From Chloroflexota bacterium (lineage in GTDB: Bacteria > Chloroflexota > Dehalococcoidia > SZUA-161), in contig JAJYLC010000003.1 in the NCBI GenBank assembly GCA_021787935.1, positions 1 to 61,195 of the forward strand: 61,195 nt of DNA. The letters are read 5' to 3'. Shown piece after piece: positions 1 to 9,248 of the stretch (within the stretch, counting starts at the first letter, position 1; each line of letters begins with the position of its first letter). A model generated the notes under the pieces. It was not told the origin of the DNA and searched no databases. It saw only the letters and a list, made by a program, of their open reading frames with translations. The position numbers and the translations under genes are program-made.

Positions 1-2
1 GA

Positions 3-797
3 CAGATGTCTACATCAGACCTGCTCCAGTGGACATTTCATGCTCCCTTCGGGCACATGTCTGAGGCAGGACGAGTCGCTATGATTGTGCGCCGATATGT
101 ACATGAGTTCGGTATCAACAGCGAGCAATTCGGCTGGGTCCCTGTAGTATGCAAAGAACACGGCGCTCAAAATCCCAATGGCATGTACTACAAGAAGCCA
201 ATTACTATCGAGAACTACCGGAAATCGGAGATGGTTGTGGAGCCTCTGCGAAGGCTGGATTACTACGAAGAGGCTGACGCGGCTGCTGCCCTAGTCGTTA
301 CTACCGCAGAAAGGGCAAAAGACCTCAGACAAAAAACAGTCTATGTGCTCGGAGCCGCTCAGAGCATGGTGCCTGAAACTGAAGAACAAAACTCGTATTA
401 TCGGCGGTCTATATCGGGTTTCCCTGAGATGGCGGAGGTGGGAAAGAAGATTTTCTCTATGGCCGGTGTTACCCCGAAGGATATAAATTGCGTGCAACTC
501 GATGATTCATATGGGCCTTTTGTTCCTATGCAGTTGGAGGAACTGGGGTTCTGCAAGCGGGGCGAAGGCGTGGACTTCTGCAATGGCGGCAGCCGTATCA
601 GGTTAGGCGGCGAGTTGCCCCTCAATACCTCCGGCGGCTCTCTCGGCGAGGGCCATTTATACGGTATGAACCACGTCATCGAAGCAGTACGCCAGATAAG
701 GGGCATATCAACGGCCCAGGTGAAGAATGCCAGGCTGGTGCTGGTTGCTTCAGGGGCAGGCAGTCCAGCCAGTGGTCTCATTCTAGGAGGTAAATAA
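3..797 (+). CDS. Thiolase-family protein, SCP-x/archaeal type (C-terminal part; 5' end lies outside the window)
   Basis: The frame is open to the window edge. C-terminal thiolase-like motifs are present (NTSGGSLGEGHLYGMNH). Its stop overlaps the next start (TAATG), which suggests translational coupling with the DUF35 gene. Confidence 0.75.
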   Translation, partial: QMSTSDLLQWTFHAPFGHMSEAGRVAMIVRRYVHEFGINSEQFGWVPVVCKEHGAQNPNGMYYKKPITIENYRKSEMVVEPLRRLDYYEEADAAAALVVTTAERAKDLRQKTVYVLGAAQSMVPETEEQNSYYRRSISGFPEMAEVGKKIFSMAGVTPKDINCVQLDDSYGPFVPMQLEELGFCKRGEGVDFCNGGSRIRLGGELPLNTSGGSLGEGHLYGMNHVIEAVRQIRGISTAQVKNARLVLVASGAGSPASGLILGGK

Positions 798-1216
798 TGA
801 GCATGGCTTATGATACGGAACATCCCATACCCATGCCCCCTATACTCTGGGATAACAAGGGCTTTTGGGATGGCGTTAAAAAGCATGAGCTGGTCTTTCA
901 GAGATGCAAACAGTGCGGCACCTGGCTTCATCCTCCAAGGCCTGCGTGTCCCAAATGCCGTTCCTTTGAAAAAGAGTGGGCACCCTCGACGGGGAAAGGT
1001 ACCGTGTATAGCTTTGTCACCTATCGAGAGTCGCCTCATCCCGCTTTCAAAGCGCCATATTCAGTGGTGCTGGTGGAGCTGGAGGAAGGAGTGCGGCTGG
1101 TCAGCAATATGGTTGATGTAAAGCCGGAGCAGATATTCATTGGCATGCCTGTGGAGGCGGTCTTCGATGACATATCCGAGGGCCTCACCCTCCCCAAGTT
1201 CAGAAAGGTGGGGTAG
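797..1216 (+). CDS. DUF35 family OB-fold / zinc-ribbon protein (thiolase partner)
   Basis: Contains a four-Cys ribbon (CKQCGTWLHPPRPACPKC) followed by an OB-fold-like C-terminus. It sits directly after a thiolase gene, the usual DUF35 context. Confidence 0.8.
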   Translation: MSMAYDTEHPIPMPPILWDNKGFWDGVKKHELVFQRCKQCGTWLHPPRPACPKCRSFEKEWAPSTGKGTVYSFVTYRESPHPAFKAPYSVVLVELEEGVRLVSNMVDVKPEQIFIGMPVEAVFDDISEGLTLPKFRKVG

Positions 1217-1217
1217 C

Positions 1218-2351
1218 ATGGATTTCGCCCTTAGTGAAGAGCAGGAGATGTTGAAGAAATCGGCGCGAGATTTTCTCAGCATTGAGTGTCCCAAAAAATT
1301 AGTGAAGGAGCTGGAGGCCGGGGAATCGGGTTACTCTCCCGAGCTGTGGCAGAAGATGGCCGGGCTGGGCTGGATGGGCCTGGCGTTGCCTGAGGAATAC
1401 GGCGGAGCCGGCCTAAGCCTGCTCGACATGGCGGTGCTGTTTGAGGAGTTTGGGCGTGCTGCCATGACTGAGCCCATGTTCAGTACTATAGCCTTCGGAG
1501 CGCTGCCGATTCTGCAATGGGGAACCGAGGAGCAGAAAAAAACATTCCTTCCCAAAGTGGCGGCCGGTAAGCTACTTTTGACCTTGGCGCTGGCAGAGCC
1601 GGGTGTAAACGAAGACCCCATGTTCATCACCACTCGCGCCATGACAAAGGACGATGGCTTCCTAATCCACGGCACCAAGCTTTTTGTTCCCTACGCACAC
1701 ATTGCAGATTATCTACTCGTGGTGGCAAGGACAAAGGGAGTTGCCGGCGATAAAATAGGTATCACCGTTTTCATAGTTGATAGAAAGTCTCAAGGCATTA
1801 GTATCGCCCCGCTGGCAACCATGGCCGCCGACAAGCAGTTCGAGGTAAATTTCGATAAGGTATATGTTCCGTCAAACAATATACTCGGAAGCCTACACAA
1901 CGGCTTGCCTTTAGTCAGAGAAACGCTTAAAAAGGCCACAGCAATACAGTGCGCCGAGATGGTAGGCATAGCACAGCAGGAACTGGAGATGACAGCCGAG
2001 CATACCAGGAATCGAATACAGTTCCAGCGCCCTCTCGGCACATTCCAGGCGGTGCAGCACAGCCTGGCCGATATGTTCATTGATGTAAATGGCGCTCGTT
2101 GGACAACGTACCAGGCGGCGTGGCGTCTGAGCGAGGGGCTACCTGCTGACCGTGAGGTAGCCATCGCCAAGGCATTTACCAATATCGCCTGCCAGCGAGT
2201 TGCCTTCACGGCCCAGCAACTGCACGGCGGCCTGGGCGTTGACAGAGACTACGACCTCCATTTCTATTTCCGTCGTGCCAAGGCCTTTGCCCTGACCCTG
2301 GGCAGCACACCGTTTCATTTGAAGACAATCGAGGCAGAAATAGGCAGTTAG
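1218..2351 (+). CDS. Acyl-CoA dehydrogenase
   Basis: The ATG at 1218 gives MDFALSEEQEMLKKSARDF, a typical ACAD N-terminus. The C-terminus has QLHGGLGVDRDYDLHFYFRRAK. The listed ORF start at 1140 overlaps the DUF35 gene and is not needed. Confidence 0.85.
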   Translation: MDFALSEEQEMLKKSARDFLSIECPKKLVKELEAGESGYSPELWQKMAGLGWMGLALPEEYGGAGLSLLDMAVLFEEFGRAAMTEPMFSTIAFGALPILQWGTEEQKKTFLPKVAAGKLLLTLALAEPGVNEDPMFITTRAMTKDDGFLIHGTKLFVPYAHIADYLLVVARTKGVAGDKIGITVFIVDRKSQGISIAPLATMAADKQFEVNFDKVYVPSNNILGSLHNGLPLVRETLKKATAIQCAEMVGIAQQELEMTAEHTRNRIQFQRPLGTFQAVQHSLADMFIDVNGARWTTYQAAWRLSEGLPADREVAIAKAFTNIACQRVAFTAQQLHGGLGVDRDYDLHFYFRRAKAFALTLGSTPFHLKTIEAEIGS

Positions 2352-2383
2352 AATCCGGAATACTATTCAAGGAAGGTGACAGA

Positions 2384-3187
2384 ATGTTAGTCGGAGGCTG
2401 TGATGTAGGCTCAGCCACAGGCAAGGCCGTGGTAATGAGAGATGGTGAGATCGTTTCCTATGAAATCATACCGTCCACAACCAAGCCCGAAGTAACCGCA
2501 CGGATGGTTATGGATAAGGCCGTTGAGAAGGCTGGCCTCTCATCAATCGCAGATCTTCAGTACATTGTTGGCACCGGATATGGTAGACTAAAGGTTCCCT
2601 TCGCCAACGAGAACATCTCTGAAATTACATGCCACGCTCGAGGTGCACAGTGGCTTTTGCCTACCGTTAGAACGGCAGTGGATATAGGAGGTCAGGACTG
2701 CAAGGTGATGTCGCTCGGAGCAAACGGTAAAGTGCTGGAATTCGTTATGAACGACCGGTGTGCTGCCGGTACAGGCAGGTTCTTTGAAGCCATGGCGAGG
2801 GTCCTCGACTGTGGACTTCAAGGGCTATCCGAGCTGTCACTCCAGGGCAAAAACCCGGCAACCATCTCAAGCCAGTGCAGCGTGTTCGCCGAGTCGGAGG
2901 TGGTGACCCTGGTCAATGAGGGCATGGAACTTGCCGACATAGTAGCAGGCCTCCATGCTTCGATAGCCAGCAGGCTGAACTCAATGGTGCGGAAGGTAGG
3001 GCTGGTTGAGGACGTTGTGCTTACGGGAGGATGTGCTAAAAACGACGGCCTCGTTAAAGCCCTCGAAGAGAAACTCGGCGTGACAGTCAAAAAGCTACCC
3101 CTAGATCCGCAGATCGCGGGGGCGATTGGAGCTGCGCTTATTGCTGCGGAGAAAGTAAGCAAGCAGACCATGAAGAGCCCCGCCTAG
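2384..3187 (+). CDS. BadF/BadG/BcrA/BcrD-type ATPase; activase of 2-hydroxyacyl-CoA dehydratase type (HgdC-like)
   Basis: Has an N-terminal GxDxGS motif (GCDVGSATGK) and the cluster-bridging Cys contexts NDRCAAGTGRFFE and SSQCSVFAESEVV. The length of 267 aa fits. Confidence 0.85.
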   Translation: MLVGGCDVGSATGKAVVMRDGEIVSYEIIPSTTKPEVTARMVMDKAVEKAGLSSIADLQYIVGTGYGRLKVPFANENISEITCHARGAQWLLPTVRTAVDIGGQDCKVMSLGANGKVLEFVMNDRCAAGTGRFFEAMARVLDCGLQGLSELSLQGKNPATISSQCSVFAESEVVTLVNEGMELADIVAGLHASIASRLNSMVRKVGLVEDVVLTGGCAKNDGLVKALEEKLGVTVKKLPLDPQIAGAIGAALIAAEKVSKQTMKSPA

Positions 3188-3258
3188 AAAGGGCATAGTG
3201 TAACGCTTAAACAGAAAAAACAACCCTTAAAACTGTTCCGGGAAAGGAGGTACAGCGA

Positions 3259-4407
3259 TTGGAAACACCTATAAAGTCCAAGGTATTCGAGCAATTTAAT
3301 GAAGCCACCAAAACGCTGCTTAATCCGGTGCTGCAGGATTGGAAGAAGCAGGGTGGCAAGATAATAGGGTACTTTTGCTCCACAGTCCCTGAGGAGCTAA
3401 TCACAGCCGCCGGGTTAACTTCGTTCCGAATGAGAGCGACAGGAAGCACAAGCACGGAGATGTCAGATGCATTTTTCAGCAGCATCAACTGTAGCTTTCC
3501 GCGCCACTGTTTCAACCTGGCGCTAACCGGCGAGTTCAAGTTTCTAGACGGGGTTGTCTGCGTCAACTCTTGCGACCATGTACGACGCATATACGACAAC
3601 TGGAAACGCTTTGTGCCCGATACGCAGTTTATCGAAGTAATGAGCCTTCCCCGCAAGACAGACCCTCCCCAGATTGCCTGGTACCGCGACGAGATTAATC
3701 TCCTTAGAGAGAAGCTTGAGAAACATTTTGGCGTCAAAATTAGCGACAAAACTCTGTGGAAGGCGATCAAGCTGCACAACGAGACACGGCGGCTGCAAAA
3801 GAAACTCTACGAGCTGAGAAAGAAGGACAAACCGCCGATCACAGGCTCCGAGACACTCGCTGTTATGGTCGCAGGCACTGCTATGCCCAAGGCGCAATAC
3901 AACGATATGCTGCGTGAGCTGTTGGATGAGCTAAAGGGAGTCGAGGGCCCGGGCGACCATAGGGCACGATTGATGCTCGTGGGAGGTATTCTCGATGATC
4001 CCGCCTACGTCAAGGTCATCGAGGATCAGGGCGGGCTTGTCGTTACCGATTCGCTTTGCTTCGGCACCAGGATCATGTGGGTCGAGGTCAATGAAAATAT
4101 TAAGGATCCTGCTGAAGCCCTGGCGAGATATTATGTGGCCGAGCGCCCTTCGTGCCCGCGTTTTTATGGCGAGCATGACAATCGGTCCAATTACGTCATT
4201 AATATGTGCCGCGAGTTCAAATGTGATGGGATCATCGGAGAAAGGCTGATGTTCTGTGACTCCTGGCTCGTGGAGCACTACATGCTTGGGCAGGACCTTA
4301 AAGCTGCCGGGATTCCGATGCTGAAACTGGATAGAGAGTACATTACGGGCGGCGTAGGTCAACTCAGAACCAGGGCCCAGGCATTCCTAGAAACGATTGG
4401 GAGGTAG
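3259..4407 (+). CDS. 2-hydroxyacyl-CoA dehydratase / benzoyl-CoA reductase B/C-family subunit
   Basis: TTG start lies 8 nt after AAGGAGG. It has HgdA/B-family length and Cys-containing segments (INCSFPRHC, VNSCDH, SLCFGTR), and directly follows the activase gene. Confidence 0.7.
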   Translation: METPIKSKVFEQFNEATKTLLNPVLQDWKKQGGKIIGYFCSTVPEELITAAGLTSFRMRATGSTSTEMSDAFFSSINCSFPRHCFNLALTGEFKFLDGVVCVNSCDHVRRIYDNWKRFVPDTQFIEVMSLPRKTDPPQIAWYRDEINLLREKLEKHFGVKISDKTLWKAIKLHNETRRLQKKLYELRKKDKPPITGSETLAVMVAGTAMPKAQYNDMLRELLDELKGVEGPGDHRARLMLVGGILDDPAYVKVIEDQGGLVVTDSLCFGTRIMWVEVNENIKDPAEALARYYVAERPSCPRFYGEHDNRSNYVINMCREFKCDGIIGERLMFCDSWLVEHYMLGQDLKAAGIPMLKLDREYITGGVGQLRTRAQAFLETIGR

Positions 4408-4410
4408 AAG

Positions 4411-5715
4411 ATGGCTTTGGTAGATAAACACCCCGAGATGGTACGTTATATTTCAGAGCTGGAGTGGTTCAAGTTCCTCCGTGAACAGACCGTGGCTCTT
4501 ATCGAAATCCCTGAAATGCAGTTACAGGTAAAGACGCTTGACTCTCTACTGAGCATGTATGGCAGGATAATAGACGCGGTGGAGAATAACAAGCCGTTCC
4601 TTGCCAGCTACTACTGCCTGGCACCGGAGCTGTACACGGCCATGGACTTGCCTTATTACATGGTCATGCAGACTCCGTTCCTGGCTTCCTCGGTACCTTA
4701 TCTTCTAAAAGATATCGATGCCGCTGAAGAGATGGGGCTGGGGAATGACCTCTGCACGGCCATCAGGTTGTCCATATACTATGTTGAAGCCAACCTCTCG
4801 CCCCTGCCAACCTGCGCCCTCAACCTGCTTTACCCCTGCGATGGTGCTCCACTGCTTCACGAGGTGATAAAGCGTAACCAACGCTGGCGCAATATCCCGA
4901 TGTTCGCCCCCGACCCGCCGTACTATATGGATGAGCGGAGCCTGAACTACTTTGCCGGCGAGCTAAGGAATATGGTAAAGTTCATTGAGAAGCATACCCA
5001 CAGGAAGCTGGACCTGGACAAGCTGAAAGAGACCATCGAATGCTCTAATCAAATGTTCAGGCTGTGGGACGAATACAATCAACTGCGGCGCAATGTACCG
5101 AGCCCTCATGGTTGGGGCATAGGCGGTCCGCAGTGCTTCTCTCAAGCCTGGGTGTACCAGGCGGGAACCCCTGAGGGCGTCGATTGGTTCAAGAAGCTGG
5201 TTGAGATAGCCGAGCTAAACGTGAAGGCTGGCGTAGGGCCGGTGCCTCAGGAGAAGATAAGACTGTTCTGGTTCGACCTTCTGCCGTTCGGCTGGGTCTT
5301 CGAGTTTCTGCCTTGGCTGGAGTCAGAGTGGGGAGCAGTCATGGTCATGGACATGTTCGCTAATTTCCCCTACACCATGATTGATACCTCAAGTGAGGAA
5401 AAGATGTGGTTGGGCCTCGCCAAGAGGAATCTATTCGACTCACCGATGGTGAGGCAGGCGCGAGGTGTGGCCGACAACTTCGCCAACGATATCAGGCGAA
5501 TAGTGAAGGACTACAAAATCGACGTGGTAATCTGGCCCGGGCACATGGGCCACAAAGACGGTTCGGCGACTGTGGGCATAATGAGAGAGACCTGCCGCGA
5601 CCTCAATGTGCCGTTTATTCACCTGGGCCTCGACCTGTTCGACAAAAGATACTCGACACCGGACCAGATAAAGGACAAAATTTCGCAGTTCTTCAGAGCT
5701 ATGGGGCTGGGTTAA
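4411..5715 (+). CDS. 2-hydroxyacyl-CoA dehydratase family subunit (second subunit)
   Basis: Starts 3 nt after the previous stop. Paired arrangement and a size of 434 aa are typical of the second HgdAB-type subunit. Confidence 0.65.
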   Translation: MALVDKHPEMVRYISELEWFKFLREQTVALIEIPEMQLQVKTLDSLLSMYGRIIDAVENNKPFLASYYCLAPELYTAMDLPYYMVMQTPFLASSVPYLLKDIDAAEEMGLGNDLCTAIRLSIYYVEANLSPLPTCALNLLYPCDGAPLLHEVIKRNQRWRNIPMFAPDPPYYMDERSLNYFAGELRNMVKFIEKHTHRKLDLDKLKETIECSNQMFRLWDEYNQLRRNVPSPHGWGIGGPQCFSQAWVYQAGTPEGVDWFKKLVEIAELNVKAGVGPVPQEKIRLFWFDLLPFGWVFEFLPWLESEWGAVMVMDMFANFPYTMIDTSSEEKMWLGLAKRNLFDSPMVRQARGVADNFANDIRRIVKDYKIDVVIWPGHMGHKDGSATVGIMRETCRDLNVPFIHLGLDLFDKRYSTPDQIKDKISQFFRAMGLG

Positions 5716-5737
5716 ATAGCAGGGAACCAGTCAATCA

Positions 5738-5776
5738 CCCTGAGCGTAGCGGCCGCTACGCTCAGGGTTTCGGTTT
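5738..5776 (+). terminator. Rho-independent terminator-like hairpin after the dehydratase genes
   Basis: A perfect 30-nt palindrome (ccctgagcgtagcgg|ccgctacgctcaggg, centred on GCGGCCGC) is followed by tttcggttt. Confidence 0.6.
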
Positions 5777-5817
5777 CACCAACACCGTGACTATAGCGGC
5801 GAAAAGGAACCCATTTT

Positions 5818-6603
5818 ATGGCTGTCTTCGATGTCTACATAAAAAAAGTAGCTGAATATATCGAAGCAATGCAGGCCAGCGGCAGGCAGGTCAGGACTTT
5901 CGACTGCCCCAGTGGTCCGGAAAGATTGCTGAACGGGCTGCCTGTCAGGGTTGGCCCCGGAGCAGGCTCGGGAATAGTCCTGCGCGGAGATACCTTTGCC
6001 GAACTGGGCAGTCCTGAGGCCGGTTCTTGTGCCTTTCCGCTCTGGACTAACAATACAAGCCTGGTCAAAGACTGCAGGATTACCCTTATTGGCCCTGATA
6101 TCCTTGAATCTAAAGGTGCAAGCCTGCCCTTCGGTCAAATTATTATGGCGGCGGGGGAAAAGCTCAGCGAAAAAGAGCACTCTGTCTTCGATGAAAGTCA
6201 ATACATCTCAGACCAGATTGAAGGCTACATGGTAAAGAGTACACCTGGACGTATGTGGACGAGGATAAGCAACGACGCTGCAGAGAGGGGCTTTGGCTTC
6301 GAAGCACTGGGAAAGGCACTCATGGCCATCTATAAGTCCCATGCACCCCATGTAGAGGCGATGGAGGTTGTTTTCGTTACCTCGGGCAAAGAAGACGTGG
6401 GACGGCTGGACGAAATCGCTGAGCAGGTAAAGAAGATCAGCAAGGATATTGTCAGAGAGACCTGGCTGGCCAGGGGCTACGACATCCTCGAATGCACCCT
6501 GGGCTGGGATTGCGGGTCTTGCCCGGATAAAGCTGTTTGCGATGATATCAAGACAGTGCTGAAAGTGCGCAAGAAGAAGGCCGTGGATACTGAGACTGCT
6601 TAG
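5818..6603 (+). CDS. Stand-alone acetyl-CoA synthase (AcsB/CdhC)-like domain protein, truncated before the A-cluster region
   Basis: By eye it aligns with the central AcsB / N-terminal CdhC segment (ITLIGPDI..LPFGQI..WTRISNDAAERGFGFEALG..VVFVT). It ends with ECTLGWDCGSCPDKAVC (Cx5Cx2Cx5C). Confidence 0.6.
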   Translation: MAVFDVYIKKVAEYIEAMQASGRQVRTFDCPSGPERLLNGLPVRVGPGAGSGIVLRGDTFAELGSPEAGSCAFPLWTNNTSLVKDCRITLIGPDILESKGASLPFGQIIMAAGEKLSEKEHSVFDESQYISDQIEGYMVKSTPGRMWTRISNDAAERGFGFEALGKALMAIYKSHAPHVEAMEVVFVTSGKEDVGRLDEIAEQVKKISKDIVRETWLARGYDILECTLGWDCGSCPDKAVCDDIKTVLKVRKKKAVDTETA

Positions 6604-6623
6604 AGTTCTGGACTTAGGATTTT

Positions 6624-7415
6624 GTGATGACTGCTCCTGGTATTTCTAAAAAGAGACTTCTAGCCGTCTGCGGCAAGGGAGGCACTGGAAAGACAGCGCT
6701 CACTGCCATGATGACCAGAGTCCTGCTGGACAGCAGCAACTCCGGCAAGCTGCTGCTCATCGATGCCGACCCGGCTATGGGTCTACCCAACGCCCTTGGC
6801 TTAAAAGTCAAGCGGACCATGGGCCAGGTTCGCGAGGAAATCATCAAGACCGCAAGAGGCAGCGACAAGGAGAAAAAGGCTAAGCTGGCCAGTATGCTTG
6901 ACTATATGGTCATGGAGGCCCTTTACGAAACAGATAGCTTCTCGTTACTGGCAATGGGACGCACCGAGACACAAGGCTGTTTTTGTCCGGTCAATAACCT
7001 TCTGCGGGATGCCATAGAAACCCTATCCAGTAATTTCGACACCATCGTTATCGACGGCGAAGCCGGTGTGGAACAAATCAACAGACAGGTCATGCGCCGC
7101 GTAGATACCCTGATTATTGTCAGCGATGCTACATCCAGAGGAGTTCAAACCGCCGCCCTGGTAAAGAAAATGGTGCGAGACGACAAGGTAATACAATGCG
7201 AAAAAATAGGTTTAATCTTCAACAGGGTTCGAGGCAATCAGGAGCTATTGAAACAAGCTGCGCAGGAGATAGGGTTGGATGTCTTTGGTTACGTCCCCCA
7301 GGACGAAAATATAGCCTCCTATGACCTGGTGGGTAAGTCCATCCTGGAACTCCCCGTTACTTCACCCGGACTCGCGGCGATACGTCACATCGTGACCGAC
7401 CACATCCTCAAGTAA
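6624..7415 (+). CDS. cooC: CooC-type nickel-insertion ATPase (MinD/ParA superfamily)
   Basis: Has the deviant Walker A CGKGGTGKT and the CooC-signature CxC metal site (TQGCFCPVNNL). Confidence 0.75.
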   Translation: MMTAPGISKKRLLAVCGKGGTGKTALTAMMTRVLLDSSNSGKLLLIDADPAMGLPNALGLKVKRTMGQVREEIIKTARGSDKEKKAKLASMLDYMVMEALYETDSFSLLAMGRTETQGCFCPVNNLLRDAIETLSSNFDTIVIDGEAGVEQINRQVMRRVDTLIIVSDATSRGVQTAALVKKMVRDDKVIQCEKIGLIFNRVRGNQELLKQAAQEIGLDVFGYVPQDENIASYDLVGKSILELPVTSPGLAAIRHIVTDHILK

Positions 7416-7421
7416 TACCTT

Positions 7422-8888
7422 CTAAGAGTCCAAATACATCTTGCTCTCAGCTACAAACCTGTGGTAATCTGCGAATCGGTTCACAGCCCGGCAAGCCCTG
7501 CGCAGCGAATTGTAGGCTGTGATTCCGGCCTCTCTGAGCTGCCTCGCATATGTTTCAGTATCATGAATCTGCCCCTCCTCCGATAAAGCAACAATCATCG
7601 GCTTGTGCTGAGACATCGGATTAGAGGAGTTAGAGATACGTTTGTGCAACTCGGTTAACACATTAGCCGCCGGGCCCGCAACGAACTCAGCGCCCAGGTG
7701 TAACATGACCATATCTATTTGAGGATCTGCTGCAAGCAATTCATAGGCCCGGTGCAGAGGCGTAATATCCACCACTACACTCGGCACGTCTATCGGGTTT
7801 GCCACCCCCTGATTTACCAGAGAGATAAACTTAAGCAGACCATTTCTTGTATGTTCCGAGAGAGCTGGTAATATAATACCTTCCTCGGCACAGATGTCTC
7901 CGGTGGCTACGCTGCTGCCTCCCCCGACTGCCAGTACGGCTGCCCGTTTATTAGGCGATGGCTCCAAATGGAGGAATGTCATGGTTACCTCGGCCATCTC
8001 TTCAATCGAGTGTACTGCTATGGCTCCCGTCTGTTTGAAGAAGGCCTTCCAGATTTGTTTATCTCCCGCTAGAGAACTGGTGTGTGATGCTGCAGCCCTG
8101 GCACCTGCACTCGTCAGGCCGCCCTTCCAAACAATGACTGGTTTTACCGGATTTATTTGTCTCACAAGCTCCGTAAGCCGCCTGCCATCTTTGACTCCCT
8201 CAAGATACAGGCAGATGATCTGAGTCTCCGGGTCTTTGGCCAGGTATTCAAGGAAGTCAGGGGCATCCAGCAATAGCGCATTACCGTGGCTTATCACCTT
8301 GCTGAAACCTATGCCGAGTTGCGCACCGCGTAACAGGAATATACGTGCGTGGCCCCCGCTCTGGGATACAAAAGCCACAGGCCCACGGACAGGCGGCGTG
8401 TCAGCATGCATCTGCATATTTATTGAGGGTATCTGGAAACCCATGCAGTTCGGGCCGATAACCCGGAGGTTTCCCTTCAAAGCTATCTCACGTATCTCAT
8501 CCTCCAGCTTCTTTCCCTCCGCTTGACCGGTTTCGCCAAAGCCGGAGGTGCATATCTGTACATTAAGCGCCTTGGCTGAAACGCAGTCTCTCACTACCTG
8601 AGGGACTGCGGCGGGAGGTACCGTAATTATGACCAGATCTAGATGCTCAGGGATAGAGATAACACTCGGGTATACTTTGACCCCCTCAATCTCGTTAGCT
8701 TTGGGGTTAACAGGATATACAGACCCCTGGAAACCTGCCTGTCGGAGGATACGAAGAATGCCCGCCCCTGTATACCCCGGGTGCTTGGAGTCATCGTTTC
8801 TGGAAACGCCCACGATGGCGACTGTTCTGGGAGGAAAGCCCTCCCCGAAATTCCAACTGTGTTTCACTAGTCCTACTGTTTTGCTCAC
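7422..8888 (-). CDS. ADP-forming acyl-CoA synthetase, alpha-type polypeptide (CoA-binding plus CoA-ligase domains)
   Basis: N-terminus has PRTVAIVGVSRN...YPVNP (CoA-binding). A succinyl-CoA-synthetase-like flavodoxin domain is present (SQSGG). No ATP-grasp part is fused or adjacent. Confidence 0.7.
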   Translation of the reverse strand: MSKTVGLVKHSWNFGEGFPPRTVAIVGVSRNDDSKHPGYTGAGILRILRQAGFQGSVYPVNPKANEIEGVKVYPSVISIPEHLDLVIITVPPAAVPQVVRDCVSAKALNVQICTSGFGETGQAEGKKLEDEIREIALKGNLRVIGPNCMGFQIPSINMQMHADTPPVRGPVAFVSQSGGHARIFLLRGAQLGIGFSKVISHGNALLLDAPDFLEYLAKDPETQIICLYLEGVKDGRRLTELVRQINPVKPVIVWKGGLTSAGARAAASHTSSLAGDKQIWKAFFKQTGAIAVHSIEEMAEVTMTFLHLEPSPNKRAAVLAVGGGSSVATGDICAEEGIILPALSEHTRNGLLKFISLVNQGVANPIDVPSVVVDITPLHRAYELLAADPQIDMVMLHLGAEFVAGPAANVLTELHKRISNSSNPMSQHKPMIVALSEEGQIHDTETYARQLREAGITAYNSLRRACRAVNRFADYHRFVAESKMYLDS

Positions 8889-9248
8889 TAATTTTTCAGT
8901 ATACCAACTAAATCGTTATTTGTCATTCATCGTATATGGCTTTGTCTTATTATTGAAATTAAATATGGTGAGGCTATTCCAGCTTCAAAAATACCTGAAA
9001 GTAATGTCCGAACCATGATTTTAGCAGAAACAGAAATTGGAATAATAACCATTTGGTCCGATATTTCGCCGGAGACTCCAACGTAAGCCGCATCGCAGAG
9101 AAGGTACTTTGATGAAGTTCTGTCAACACCAAAGTAACTTTGTCGCTGTTACTGCCGTAGGATTGATTCCATTCGATTTCGTAGCATAATTGGTTCAAGA
9201 GTGATCGAGAACACGTCCTATTCAAAACCTGCTTCGATTTGATTTAAA

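Noticed and set aside
398-1039. Long antisense ORFs opposite well-supported genes. Examples: 398..1039, 12239..13225, 34037..34888, 34901..35728, 40616..41185, 42896..43669, 3207..3779, 15659..16192.
   Set aside because: Each lies entirely within a gene on the other strand that has clear family motifs. Their translations are low-complexity (R/S/P/L-rich) and match no recognisable family. They are typical shadow ORFs of GC-rich coding DNA.
8889-9248. Possible c-di-GMP or other riboswitch upstream of the GGDEF/HD-GYP gene; also ORF 8974..9225.
   Set aside because: No recognisable riboswitch consensus or stable conserved-looking fold was seen by eye. The ORF has no RBS and an implausible composition. 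It is left as an AT-rich promoter region.
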